Shown piece by piece: positions 27,026 to 36,154 of a stretch of DNA of 64,000 nucleotides (the stretch's first letter is position 1; every line of letters begins with the position of its first letter). The translations under genes and the position numbers were made by a program. Origin of the DNA: Dehalococcoidales bacterium (GTDB taxonomy: Bacteria; Chloroflexota; Dehalococcoidia; Dehalococcoidales; RBG-16-60-22); NCBI GenBank assembly GCA_050014095.1, contig JBEKDZ010000003.1:215700-279699 (forward strand), given 5' to 3'. The notes beneath the pieces are model-generated. The model did not search any database. It saw only the letters and a program-made list of their open reading frames with translations, and had not been told where the DNA came from.

Positions 27026-30000
27026 GTGATGAAAATAGGCATTGATATCGGCTCGGTCACGGCGAAGGCTGTAGTTTTTGATGATGCCGATAATATATTA
27101 GAGTCAAGATACATCCGCACCATGGGACAGCCTATTGAGACTGCTCTTGTTATTCTTGAAGACTTATTAACCAAATATCCAACCGCCAATTTCAATTCTG
27201 CGGCAGCTACCGGCACGGGAGGACAGCTCATTGCTACCCTGCTGAACATACCTTTCGTTAACGAAATTACCGCGCAGGCTGCCGGAACAGCCCGCTTCCA
27301 TCCGGAAGTCCAAACCATTCTGGAAATAGGCGGCGAGGATTCAAAGCTTATCGTCCTGCAAAAAGAGTCCGGTGAAGCTTTGCCTAAGGTTATCGATTTC
27401 GCTATCAATGGCGTCTGTGCCGCCGGCACCGGCTCCTTCCTCGACCAGCAGGCTTCCCGTATGGGCATCCCTATCGAAGAGTTTGGCGAAGTAGCTTTAA
27501 GGTCGGAACACCCCCCTCGTGTCGCCGGCCGCTGCAGCGTCTTCGCGAAAAGCGATATGATTCACCTCCAGCAGGTTGGCACACCCGTGCATGACATTGT
27601 CGCCGGCTTATGTTTCGCCATGATACGTAATTTTAAGGGACAGGTTATCCGTGGGCGTGACCTGGGTAAACCCATCGCTTTCCAGGGTGGTGTTGCCGCC
27701 AATAAAGGTATCCGGCGCGCCCTGTTGGAGGTCCTTGAACTAGAGGAAAAGGACTTAATCACACCAGAGCATTTTGCCGTCCTCGGCGCGGCTGGCGCCG
27801 CATTAGTAAGCAAGGAAAGCTCGCTGCCCACTGACACTATCCAGCGTCTGAAAGACCACATTAGCAGACACGATTATAAGTTCGTCACCATGTCGCCTTT
27901 AAAGGGCGATAACTATCCTATAGATATCGAGTCGGTAAAATTGGATACCGATAAACCCATCGAAGCTTATGTCGGTGTGGATATCGGCTCCATCAGCACC
28001 AACGTCGTCGTTATCGACCGGGAGAATAGGGTGCTAGCCAGACGTTACCTGATGACAGCCAGTCGCCCTATCGAAGCCGTTAAGCAAGGGCTTCTTGAGG
28101 TTGGCAAAGAGCTGGGGAACAAAGTCATTATTAAAGGCACCGGTTCCACCGGCTCCGGACGGTATATGACCGGCGAGTTCTTCGGCGCCGATGTCATCCA
28201 TAATGAAATTACTAGCCACGCCAAAGCCGCTTCATTCGTCTGCCCGAATGTCGCTACCATCTTTGAAATCGGCGGGCAGGACGCTAAATACATCAGCCTT
28301 CAAAATGGCACGATTATCGACTTCGCCATGAACAAAGTTTGCGCCGCCGGCACTGGTTCCTTCCTGGAAGAGCAGGCGGAGAAGCTGGGTATCAATATCA
28401 AAGAGGAGTTCGGGCAGCTGGGACTGGCTTCCAAACAGCCGCTGGACCTAGGCGAGCGGTGCACCGTTTTCATGGAAAACCAGCAGAACTACTGCAAGCA
28501 AAGGGGTGCCGCCAAGGAAGACCTGGTGGCGGGGCTGGCTTATTCCGTGGTAAAAAACTACCTGACCAAGGTCGTCGAGGACCGCAAAATCGGCGACCAT
28601 ATTTTGTTCCAGGGGGGCACTGCCTTCAACCGCGCCGTTAAAGCCGCCTTCGAGGCGGTGCTGGGCAAGAAAATCACCGTGCCGCCCCAGCATGATATCC
28701 TCGGGGCTATCGGCGTCGCGATGCTGGCGAAAGACGAGATGGAAGCGAGCGGTAAAAAGACTTGCTTCCGCGGCTTCGACCTTGCCAGTCGTAATTATGA
28801 GCTATCATCCTTCGAATGCCAGAGCTGCTCTAACCGATGCGAAATCCACAAGGTTGTCTTCGAGGGAGAGCAGCCGCTTTTCTACGGCTCCCGCTGCGGC
28901 AAGTGGGATAGCACAGAAAAGAAAGAGAAACGGCAGTCCTCCAAAATACCGCGCCTTTTCGAAGAACGCGCGCAGGCTTTGCTTAACACCTACGCCAAAG
29001 ATAAACCGGATAAACCTAACGGCAAGACCGTCGGTATCCCCCGCGTCTTGTTCTTCCATGAGCTTTTCCCTCTCTGGAAAGGCTTTTTCACCGAGCTTGG
29101 CTTCCAGGTAGTCCTCTCCGACCCTACCAATCGGCATATCATCCGGCAGGGGGTAGAGAATATCGTCGAAGAGCCGTGCCTGCCTATCAAGCTGGCGCAC
29201 GGGCACATGCTTAATCTGCTGGAAAAGAAACCAGACTTTATCTTCATGCCGGTGCAGTGCACCATGGAAAAACTCTCTGAAGATTTCAAAAAGTCCTGGA
29301 ACTGCCCATTAACACAGAGTCTGCCCTACCTCATGCTTAGCTCAACGCATATCAAAGAAGCACTGGAAGATGCCGCGGATAAACCAAAGCTGCTGCAGCC
29401 GGTCTTCCATCCCGACCGCGGCCGTAAATGGCTGAAAAAGAACTTAAGGGACACTGCTCGCAGTGTCGGGATTACGTCCCGCGTGCTGATAGAGAAAGCT
29501 ATCCAAGCCGGGCTTGATGCCCACGACGCATTTAGCCAGTGGCAAAGCAAGCGCGGGGAAGAAATCCTCTTGCAGCTTAAACCCGATGAAAAAGCAATCG
29601 TCGTCATCGGTAGGGCATATAATACCTACGATGAAGCCATGACCCTGGATATCCCAGGAAAATTGCGGGATATGAATATACTGGCAATACCGCTGGATTT
29701 CCTGCCGCTGCAGTCGCTGGCGGGAGAGGTCATTAAAGCCCACCCCAATATGTACTGGAAGGCGGGACAAAAAATATTAGGTGCTGCCAGGATGATTGCT
29801 AATGACCGCCGCCTCTTCGGACTGTATGTCACGAACTTCAACTGCGGGCCGGATTCATATCTGGTTAAATTTTTCAGCAAAGAGACCGAGGGTAAGCCCT
29901 TCCTGACGATAGAAATCGACGAGCATTCCGCCGATGCCGGCATCATCACGCGGTGCGAAGCTTTTATCGACACCATCCGCAACGCCAGGACACAGGGCAT

Positions 30001-31243
30001 CAGTAAACAAATACCACTCATCAGCATCTCGTCCAATCACACCAACGAGCGTATCGTCTATATCCCTTACATGATAGATCACGGGTATATCCTGGCCGCC
30101 GCCATGCGACACGGGGGCGTTAATGCCCAGCCGCTGCCGGAGTCCGACCAAATGACGCTGGAAATCGGGCGGAAATACACGACGGGCAAGGAATGCTACC
30201 CGAGTATCATCACCACCGGCGATATCGTGAAAAAGACCATGGCGCCGGACTTCGACCCGGAAAAATCTGCTTTCTTCATGCCGGCGGCGAGCGGACCCTG
30301 CCGCTTCGGGCAATATAACCGACTACACCGGCTGATACTCGATGAGCTGGGACTACAAAATGTGCCTGTCCTCGTCTTCGACCAGACGGGCGGCTACCAC
30401 CGGGACATGATATCTATGGGCAAAGGCTTCCGCCTCAACGCCTGGAAGGGCTTTATCGTCCTTGACTCTATGCAGAAAATGGCGCTGGAGAGGCGACCTT
30501 ATGAGGTCAATAGAGGCGAAATCGACGCCGTCTATAAGGAGTGGCTGGAAAAGCTCATTAAAAACGTGGGGCAGCACGTAAATGTGCTGGAAAAACTCTC
30601 TAAAGATGCCCGTGACGCCTTCGAGGCGGTGAAGATAGATGCCAGCTCGCGTAAGCCGCGTATCGGCATCGTGGGGGAGATATTCGTGCGGAGCAACTAC
30701 TTCGCTAACGATAGACTTATCCAAAAGCTGGAGGCATTGGGAGCGCAGTGCGGTGTGCCGCCCATCGAGGAGTGGTTCGACTATATAGACTTCGAGCGGG
30801 AATTCCGCTATGGCAAGCACATCGAGGGCGGCTGGAAAGACTGGACGATGCAGAAACTGACGGAAATCGTCATGGAGACGACCGTCGAGCGCTTAAGAAG
30901 GCAGTTCGATAAGTCCATCGAGTCGTTCGCGCGAGAACTGCCGATGCATGATATCGTCGTCAAAGGACATAAGTACCTGACGCCAGCGGTGGAGGGCGAG
31001 GCAATCTTAAGCATGGGGCGCGTGGTGGAGTACGCGGAGCACGGCTACGACGGGATTGTGAACATCATACCCTTCGGGTGCATGCCGGGGACCATCGTGA
31101 GTCTGCTGCTGCACCAGTTCCGCCAGGATTACGGGCTGCCCGTGCTGAACGTGGTGGTGGAGGGGACTAAAGACCCCGGCGAGGCGATACGCTTCGAGGC
31201 GTTCATCCAGCAGGCGAGAGAGCACCTACTTAAGCGTAAGTAA
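27026..31243 (+). CDS. 1405-aa fusion: two BcrA/BadF/HgdC-type activase ATPase domains plus a 2-hydroxyacyl-CoA-dehydratase-related C-terminal region
   Basis: Two copies of IGIDIGS...EIGGQD...VCAAGTGSFL (ASKHA activase motifs), a Cys cluster CQSCSNRCE, and a long C-terminal region typical of putative CoA-substrate-specific enzyme activase proteins. Confidence 0.7.
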   Translation: MMKIGIDIGSVTAKAVVFDDADNILESRYIRTMGQPIETALVILEDLLTKYPTANFNSAAATGTGGQLIATLLNIPFVNEITAQAAGTARFHPEVQTILEIGGEDSKLIVLQKESGEALPKVIDFAINGVCAAGTGSFLDQQASRMGIPIEEFGEVALRSEHPPRVAGRCSVFAKSDMIHLQQVGTPVHDIVAGLCFAMIRNFKGQVIRGRDLGKPIAFQGGVAANKGIRRALLEVLELEEKDLITPEHFAVLGAAGAALVSKESSLPTDTIQRLKDHISRHDYKFVTMSPLKGDNYPIDIESVKLDTDKPIEAYVGVDIGSISTNVVVIDRENRVLARRYLMTASRPIEAVKQGLLEVGKELGNKVIIKGTGSTGSGRYMTGEFFGADVIHNEITSHAKAASFVCPNVATIFEIGGQDAKYISLQNGTIIDFAMNKVCAAGTGSFLEEQAEKLGINIKEEFGQLGLASKQPLDLGERCTVFMENQQNYCKQRGAAKEDLVAGLAYSVVKNYLTKVVEDRKIGDHILFQGGTAFNRAVKAAFEAVLGKKITVPPQHDILGAIGVAMLAKDEMEASGKKTCFRGFDLASRNYELSSFECQSCSNRCEIHKVVFEGEQPLFYGSRCGKWDSTEKKEKRQSSKIPRLFEERAQALLNTYAKDKPDKPNGKTVGIPRVLFFHELFPLWKGFFTELGFQVVLSDPTNRHIIRQGVENIVEEPCLPIKLAHGHMLNLLEKKPDFIFMPVQCTMEKLSEDFKKSWNCPLTQSLPYLMLSSTHIKEALEDAADKPKLLQPVFHPDRGRKWLKKNLRDTARSVGITSRVLIEKAIQAGLDAHDAFSQWQSKRGEEILLQLKPDEKAIVVIGRAYNTYDEAMTLDIPGKLRDMNILAIPLDFLPLQSLAGEVIKAHPNMYWKAGQKILGAARMIANDRRLFGLYVTNFNCGPDSYLVKFFSKETEGKPFLTIEIDEHSADAGIITRCEAFIDTIRNARTQGISKQIPLISISSNHTNERIVYIPYMIDHGYILAAAMRHGGVNAQPLPESDQMTLEIGRKYTTGKECYPSIITTGDIVKKTMAPDFDPEKSAFFMPAASGPCRFGQYNRLHRLILDELGLQNVPVLVFDQTGGYHRDMISMGKGFRLNAWKGFIVLDSMQKMALERRPYEVNRGEIDAVYKEWLEKLIKNVGQHVNVLEKLSKDARDAFEAVKIDASSRKPRIGIVGEIFVRSNYFANDRLIQKLEALGAQCGVPPIEEWFDYIDFEREFRYGKHIEGGWKDWTMQKLTEIVMETTVERLRRQFDKSIESFARELPMHDIVVKGHKYLTPAVEGEAILSMGRVVEYAEHGYDGIVNIIPFGCMPGTIVSLLLHQFRQDYGLPVLNVVVEGTKDPGEAIRFEAFIQQAREHLLKRK

Positions 31244-31259
31244 GAAACACTTAAGAGTT

Positions 31260-31298
31260 AACCTCTCCCTTTTGTAAAGGGAGACGGAGAGGGTTTTT
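31260..31298. repeat. hairpin repeat (family B); probably also the terminator of the activase gene
   Basis: TCTCCCTTT-tgt-AAAGGGAGA (31264-31284), with an alternative outer pairing AACCTCTCC/GGAGAGGGTT, followed by TTTTT. Confidence 0.7.
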
Positions 31299-31316
31299 AG
31301 GAAATAGAGAGTTTTT

Positions 31317-31667
31317 ATGCACCCATATAATCCCAAACTAAAGCAACTGTCCCAAGAACTTAGAAAAAATATGACCGATGCTGAAAAACTGCTGTGGTCT
31401 AAGCTTAGAATAAAACAGCTTAAAGGTTTGATGTTCTCACGTCAAAAGCCTTTAGGCGAATATATCGCCGACTTTTATTGCCACCAAGCAAAGCTGGTGA
31501 TTGAAGTCGATGGCGGTCAGCACTTTTCCGATGATTCTATTAAATACGATAAAATCAGAGATGAGTTCATAGGTAGTATGGGGTTGACGGTGCTAAGATT
31601 CACAAATAACGACGTGTTGAATAATATTGACGGTGTTATTGAAGTAATTGAGAGAAATCTCCCTTAA
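31317..31667 (+). CDS. DUF559 (Vsr-like) endonuclease domain protein
   Basis: ADFYCHQAKLVIEVDGGQH...DKIRDEFIGSMGLTVLRFTNNDV is the DUF559 pattern. 116 aa. Confidence 0.8.
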   Translation: MHPYNPKLKQLSQELRKNMTDAEKLLWSKLRIKQLKGLMFSRQKPLGEYIADFYCHQAKLVIEVDGGQHFSDDSIKYDKIRDEFIGSMGLTVLRFTNNDVLNNIDGVIEVIERNLP

Positions 31668-31671
31668 TTAC

Positions 31672-31925
31672 TAAAAACTCCCTTCGTCCCTCTTTACGAA
31701 AGAGGGAGATGGGGAAAGGCAGCTGGATTCCTCCCATTTGCCCATCCCTTCTCCAAATTCGTTTAGTTCTAAAATCCCTCTCTCATCTCCCCTTACGAAT
31801 GGGAGACGATATCATTTTCTAATTCCAAAACAGCTACAACGACAGTCAGTGAGATTGCCACGTCACTTCGTTCCTCGCAATGACAGGGCGGTATTTGCCC
31901 ATTCCTTCTCCAATTTCGTAAAATA
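31672..31925. repeat. cluster of nested hairpin repeats (families A and B) bracketed by a 27-nt direct repeat
   Basis: TCCCTCTTT-acg-AAAGAGGGA (31687-31707), TCTCCC...GGGAGA (31786-31806), GAGATTGCCACG...CTCGCAATGACA (31851-31885). Direct repeats at 31736-31762 and 31893-31919. Confidence 0.8.
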
Positions 31926-31930
31926 GTTGC

Positions 31931-33019
31931 ATGAACAAATCCATCCAGCCCGCTCACCCTGAGCCCGTCGAAGGGCTTTCCTTCCTGGATAGATTTCTTA
32001 CGCTGTGGATATTCCTGGCGATGGGTTTAGGGGTATTGCTGGGGTGGGGGTCGCCGGAAGTTGGCAAATTCATTAACTCCTTAAGCGTGGGCACAACGTC
32101 CATCCCTATCGCCGTCGGTCTCATACTTATGATGTACCCGCCGCTGGCTAAAGTGCGCTACGAGGAGATGGGGCGGGTCTTCCGCAACTGGCGGGTGCTG
32201 CTGCTTTCGCTGGTGCAGAACTGGGTCATCGGGCCTATCCTCATGTTCCTGCTGGCGGTGCTGTTCCTCGGCAAAATCTGGCCGATGCCGGCATACATGT
32301 ATGGCTTGATAATGATAGGACTGGCGCGGTGTATCGCCATGGTCATTGTCTGGAACGAGCTGGCGCAGGGGGACAGGGAATACGCCGCGGGACTGGTGGC
32401 TTTAAACTCCATTTTCCAGATTCTCTTTTACTCCGTTTACGCTTACATCTTCATCACCGTGCTGCCGCAGTGGTTCGGTTTAGCCGGCTCGGCAGTGGAT
32501 GTGACGATGGGGGATATCGCCCGGAGCGTTTTCATCTACCTGGGGATACCGTTTTTCGGGGGGATGTTGACGCGCTTCATATTTTTAAAGACCAAGGGGC
32601 GCGATTGGTACGAGACCAGGTTCATCCCTAAGATAAGCCCGATAACGCTGGCGGCGCTGCTATTCACCATCGTGGTGATGTTCTCGCTCAAAGGCGAGCT
32701 GATTGTGCAGATACCGCTCGACGTGCTGAAGATAGCCGTGCCGCTATTAATCTACTTCGTGATTATGTTCCTGGTGTCCTTCTGGATGGGACGAAGAATA
32801 GGCGCGGATTATTCCCAAACTGCCAGTATCGCCTTTACGGCGGCTTCAAATAATTTCGAGCTGGCGATTGCCGTAGCGGTGGCGGTCTTTGGGATCGGGA
32901 GCGGGGAGGCTTTCGCGGCGGTAATAGGACCGCTGGTAGAAGTGCCGGTACTGGTGAGTCTGGTGAACCTGGCGCTGTATTTCCAGAAGAGGTACTTCAG
33001 GGGAGAAAAGGTGAGTTAA
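31931..33019 (+). CDS. acr3: arsenite efflux transporter, ACR3 family
   Basis: [14 protein letters not shown]-terminus, 10-TM profile, [12 protein letters not shown] motif. Confidence 0.85.
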   Translation: MNKSIQPAHPEPVEGLSFLDRFLTLWIFLAMGLGVLLGWGSPEVGKFINSLSVGTTSIPIAVGLILMMYPPLAKVRYEEMGRVFRNWRVLLLSLVQNWVIGPILMFLLAVLFLGKIWPMPAYMYGLIMIGLARCIAMVIVWNELAQGDREYAAGLVALNSIFQILFYSVYAYIFITVLPQWFGLAGSAVDVTMGDIARSVFIYLGIPFFGGMLTRFIFLKTKGRDWYETRFIPKISPITLAALLFTIVVMFSLKGELIVQIPLDVLKIAVPLLIYFVIMFLVSFWMGRRIGADYSQTASIAFTAASNNFELAIAVAVAVFGIGSGEAFAAVIGPLVEVPVLVSLVNLALYFQKRYFRGEKVS

Positions 33020-33045
33020 CAGTTATTAGTAATCAGTTAGGGAAA

Positions 33046-33110
33046 AGACGGCTGGATTCCCAATCAAGTTGGGAATAACACTTGGGGGGTAAAGGGGAGG
33101 GGTGTATTCT
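33046..33110. repeat. hairpin repeat (GGATTCCC family) plus a G-rich tail
   Basis: ATTCCCAA-tcaag-TTGGGAAT (33056-33076), related to the hairpins at 50758-50778 and 50682-50701. Confidence 0.65.
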
Positions 33111-33175
33111 TGATTTCAACATCAGCTAAAGATATACTCTAAGCAAGGGTAAAGTATCATCGGGGAGGTAGCAAA

Positions 33176-33913
33176 ATGAAACGTGTTATCTGCATCATCG
33201 GTTCATTAATCTTAATTATGCTCATGCTCGGGCTGGCCGGCTGCGATATCTCGGGTTCTATCGGCACCAACCCCAACCAGACCAGCGGCATCTGGGTAAC
33301 GGGGGAGGGGAAAGTGACCGTTACGCCGGATGTGGCGATACTAAGTGTCGGCGTCCAGACCGAGAATAGCTCCGTAGCCCAGGCGCAGGAGCAAGCTTCT
33401 GTGGCGATGAATGCCGTCCTCAAAGCGCTGAAGGATAACGACATCGCCGATAAAGACGTCCAGACGCAGTACTTCAGCATCTCGCCGGTCAGAAACTACG
33501 TGATGAATACTGGGGAACAAAACATCACTGGCTACCGAGTGGACAACTCGCTAACAGTAAAAATCCGGAAAGTCGATGACGCCGCCAAGATTATCGATGC
33601 CGTTACCGCGGCCGGTGGCAACAATATCGTCATTAACAGTATTTCTTTTACGGTGGAAGACCCTACCACTTACCAGAAAGACGCCAGAGAAAAGGCGCTG
33701 GATAACGCCAAGATGAAGGCTCAAGAGATAGCCACTAAAGCGGGCCTAACCCTGGGTGAGCCGACCTTCCTCAACGAGACCTCCAGTTACAACCCGCCAT
33801 ATTCTGGTATAATGGCTTCGGCCATACCCACCCCAGTGATAGTAGGGTCGTCAGTTAACGCGGGAGAGATAGAAGTAACCGTCTACATACAGGTAGCGTA
33901 CAGCATAAAGTAA
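33176..33913 (+). CDS. SIMPL/DUF541 domain lipoprotein
   Basis: Lipobox LGLAGC. GEGKVTVTPDVAILSVGV...AQAQEQAS pattern of the 26-kDa periplasmic immunogenic protein family. Confidence 0.75.
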   Translation: MKRVICIIGSLILIMLMLGLAGCDISGSIGTNPNQTSGIWVTGEGKVTVTPDVAILSVGVQTENSSVAQAQEQASVAMNAVLKALKDNDIADKDVQTQYFSISPVRNYVMNTGEQNITGYRVDNSLTVKIRKVDDAAKIIDAVTAAGGNNIVINSISFTVEDPTTYQKDAREKALDNAKMKAQEIATKAGLTLGEPTFLNETSSYNPPYSGIMASAIPTPVIVGSSVNAGEIEVTVYIQVAYSIK

Positions 33914-33944
33914 ATATCGATTCTGGAGCAAGGAGAGAGTAAAT

Positions 33945-35045
33945 ATGGCAGTTATAGATTTCGGCGGCGTAAAGGAAGAGGTGGTCATGCGGAGCGAGTT
34001 CTCTATGGAGAAAGCCCGTAAGGTTTTAAAGGATGAAACGATAGCGGTAATCGGATATGGGGTACAGGGACCGGGACAGTCCTTAAATATGAAAGACAAC
34101 GGCTTCAACGTTATCATCGGGCAATCAAAAGACTTCATGCGGGACTGGGACCGGGCGGTGGCGGACGGCTGGAAGCCCGGTAAAGACCTATTCGAGATAG
34201 AAGAAGCAGCCAAACGCGGCACGATTATCGAGATGCTGACCAGCGATGCCTCCCAGCGGTTAATCTGGCCGACTATCAAAAAACAACTAACGGCTGGCAA
34301 AGCGCTGTATTTCTCACACGGATTCTCTATCGTCTATAAAGACCAGACAGGTATTATCCCGCCCAAAGATGTGGATGTTATCATGGTGGCGCCTAAGGGG
34401 AGTGGGACATCACTGCGGCGCAACTTCCTCTCCGGGGCAGGCATTAACGCCAGCTTTGCTATTTTCCAGGATGCTACGGGGCGGGCTAAAGAGCGCTGTC
34501 TGGCGCTGGGTATTGCTATCGGGTCCGGTTACCTCTTCCCGACGACCTTCGAAAGCGAGGTCTACAGCGACCTGGTGGGGGAGCGGGGGGTTTTGATGGG
34601 GGCGCTGGCGGGAATCATGGAAGCGCAGTACGACACCTTAAGAGCCCACGGACACACGCCCAGCGAAGCCTTTAACGAAACCGTCGAGGAGCTGACGGAA
34701 AGCCTGATAAAGCTAGTAGCGGAGAACGGGATGGACTGGATGTATGCTAACTGTTCCGCTACCGCCCAAAGGGGTGCCCTCGACTGGAAACCAAAGTTCA
34801 AAAAGGCGGTCATGCCCATCTTTAAAGACCTTTATAAGAGGGTGGCGAACGGGACGGAAACAAAACGTGTGATTGAGGCCTGCGGCGGAGCTAACTACAG
34901 GGAACTACTGGGCAAAGAATTATCGGTGATGGGCAACTCCGAGATGTGGCAAGCCGGCAAGGCTACCCGCTCTTTACGTCCTAAGGAGCCGGAAAAAGCT
35001 AATATCAAAACGGCTAAAGGGACGGCGGGGAGACAAACGAATTAA
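33945..35045 (+). CDS. ketol-acid reductoisomerase-like oxidoreductase (divergent)
   Basis: IGYGVQGPGQSLNMKDNGFNVIIG (Rossmann), VMVAPKGSGTSLRR, TTFESEVYSDLVGERGVLMG. Same order as KARI motifs but diverged from canonical IlvC, and no ilv neighbours. Confidence 0.6.
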   Translation: MAVIDFGGVKEEVVMRSEFSMEKARKVLKDETIAVIGYGVQGPGQSLNMKDNGFNVIIGQSKDFMRDWDRAVADGWKPGKDLFEIEEAAKRGTIIEMLTSDASQRLIWPTIKKQLTAGKALYFSHGFSIVYKDQTGIIPPKDVDVIMVAPKGSGTSLRRNFLSGAGINASFAIFQDATGRAKERCLALGIAIGSGYLFPTTFESEVYSDLVGERGVLMGALAGIMEAQYDTLRAHGHTPSEAFNETVEELTESLIKLVAENGMDWMYANCSATAQRGALDWKPKFKKAVMPIFKDLYKRVANGTETKRVIEACGGANYRELLGKELSVMGNSEMWQAGKATRSLRPKEPEKANIKTAKGTAGRQTN

Positions 35046-35057
35046 AAATTAATGCTT

Positions 35058-35392
35058 TATTGTCATTGCGAGTCCTTCCGTAGAAGGACGTGGCAATCTC
35101 CCGAATGAATTCACGACGATGATAGAGATTGCCGCGTCATCCCGATTACATCGGGATTCCTCGCAATGACAGTTTTTAATTATTGCGCCTTTCTTATGAC
35201 AAGGTTGCAGCAAAATCTCCCTCCTGTCCCTTCCTTCGGCTTCGCTCAGGACAGGCCTTACGAACGAGGGACGCCAATACCCCAAAAAGGGGTGTTAAAG
35301 AGGGGCATCAGCCCCTCTTAATTGAATATAACCCCCTCTCCAAACATATTAATAACAGGTTTGCTCCCTGTTCCGTTTGGAGAGGGGGCAAG
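35058..35392. repeat. cluster of nested hairpin repeats (families A, C, D and others)
   Basis: TGTCATTGCGAG...CGTGGCAATCTC (35061-35100) faces its inverted copy (35125-35171). Also CCTGTCC/GGACAGG (35223-35255), AAGAGGGGC-atca-GCCCCTCTT (35298-35319), and a 14-bp stem CCCCCTCTCCAAAC/GTTTGGAGAGGGGG with a 29-nt loop (35332-35388). Confidence 0.85.
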
Positions 35393-35469
35393 GGGGTGAG
35401 GCTTAGAGTAGATTCTGGCTTTTTCTGGGACGACACTTTCTCTCATTATTGCGCCTTTCTTATGACAAG
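35179..35469 (+). repeat. perfect 25-nt direct repeat bracketing 241 bp of hairpin repeats
   Basis: ATTATTGCGCCTTTCTTATGACAAG occurs at 35179-35203 and again at 35445-35469, spaced 266 bp. Confidence 0.9.
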
Positions 35470-35515
35470 TGTTAAAATAATATCAAACGATTATTTTCCC
35501 TCAAAGGGGTAAGGC

Positions 35516-36145
35516 ATGTTTACCGGCATCGTAGCAGAAGTAGGGAGTATTGTCTCCGTTAGCGCGGGCAAGCTAACCATCGGCGCCAGGCAGACGCTCA
35601 AGGATTTACAAATCGGCGGGAGCATCGCCGTCAACGGCGTCTGTTTAACGCTGACCGATTTCAATGACAAAACGTTTTCTGTGGACGTCATGCCGGAAAC
35701 ACTGAAAAGAACCAACCTGGGGCAATTGCACGTTGGCGATAGAGTAAATCTGGAAAGGCCCCTTAAGCTTAATGGGGAAATCGGCGGGCATTTTGTGCAG
35801 GGCCATATCGACGACACTGGCAGGGTCGTCCAAATCGCTAAAGAAGGCGAGGCAATGCTGATGCGCTTCCAGGCAGAACCCGAGGTAATGCGTTATATCG
35901 TGCCCAAGGGCTTTATCGCCGCGGACGGGACAAGCCTGACGGTGACCACCAAAGAAGCCAATACCTTCGGCGTATCCATCGTCGGCTATACCCGCGAGCA
36001 TACGATTTTGGCGGAAAGAAAACCGGGCGACCTCGTTAATCTGGAAGTGGACATCATCGGCAAATACGTAGCTGAACTAAATAAAGCACCAAGCACAGGC
36101 TTGACCGCCGAGTTTCTACGCGAGCACGGTTTCATGGTGAACTAA
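35516..36145 (+). CDS. ribE: riboflavin synthase
   Basis: MFTGIV start, duplicated lumazine-binding halves (NGVCLT / DGTSLT). Confidence 0.9.
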   Translation: MFTGIVAEVGSIVSVSAGKLTIGARQTLKDLQIGGSIAVNGVCLTLTDFNDKTFSVDVMPETLKRTNLGQLHVGDRVNLERPLKLNGEIGGHFVQGHIDDTGRVVQIAKEGEAMLMRFQAEPEVMRYIVPKGFIAADGTSLTVTTKEANTFGVSIVGYTREHTILAERKPGDLVNLEVDIIGKYVAELNKAPSTGLTAEFLREHGFMVN

Positions 36146-36154
36146 GGAGAAAAT

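Noticed and set aside
31931-31975. The first ~12 codons of acr3 ([11 protein letters not shown]) look like translated repeat sequence (CACCCTGAGCCCGTCGAAGGG; compare CACCCTGAAGGG at 40685).
   Set aside because: The similarity within this window is only about 8 nt. No alternative downstream start exists, so I kept the ATG at 31931 and did not call a repeat.
35049-35512. ORFs 35049..35285 (minus) and 35183..35512 (plus), and similar ORFs at 31738..31926, 38024..38299, 39173..39448, 39384..39617 and 44673..45104.
   Set aside because: They are composed almost entirely of translated hairpin repeats (for example CHCEESRCNRDDAAIS, VIARSPDKIGTTWQSP). They lack an RBS and overlap palindromes on both strands.
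35046-35515. FMN riboswitch expected upstream of ribE.
   Set aside because: No conserved FMN-aptamer sequence is recognisable. The region is explained by hairpin repeats and a duplicated 25-mer.
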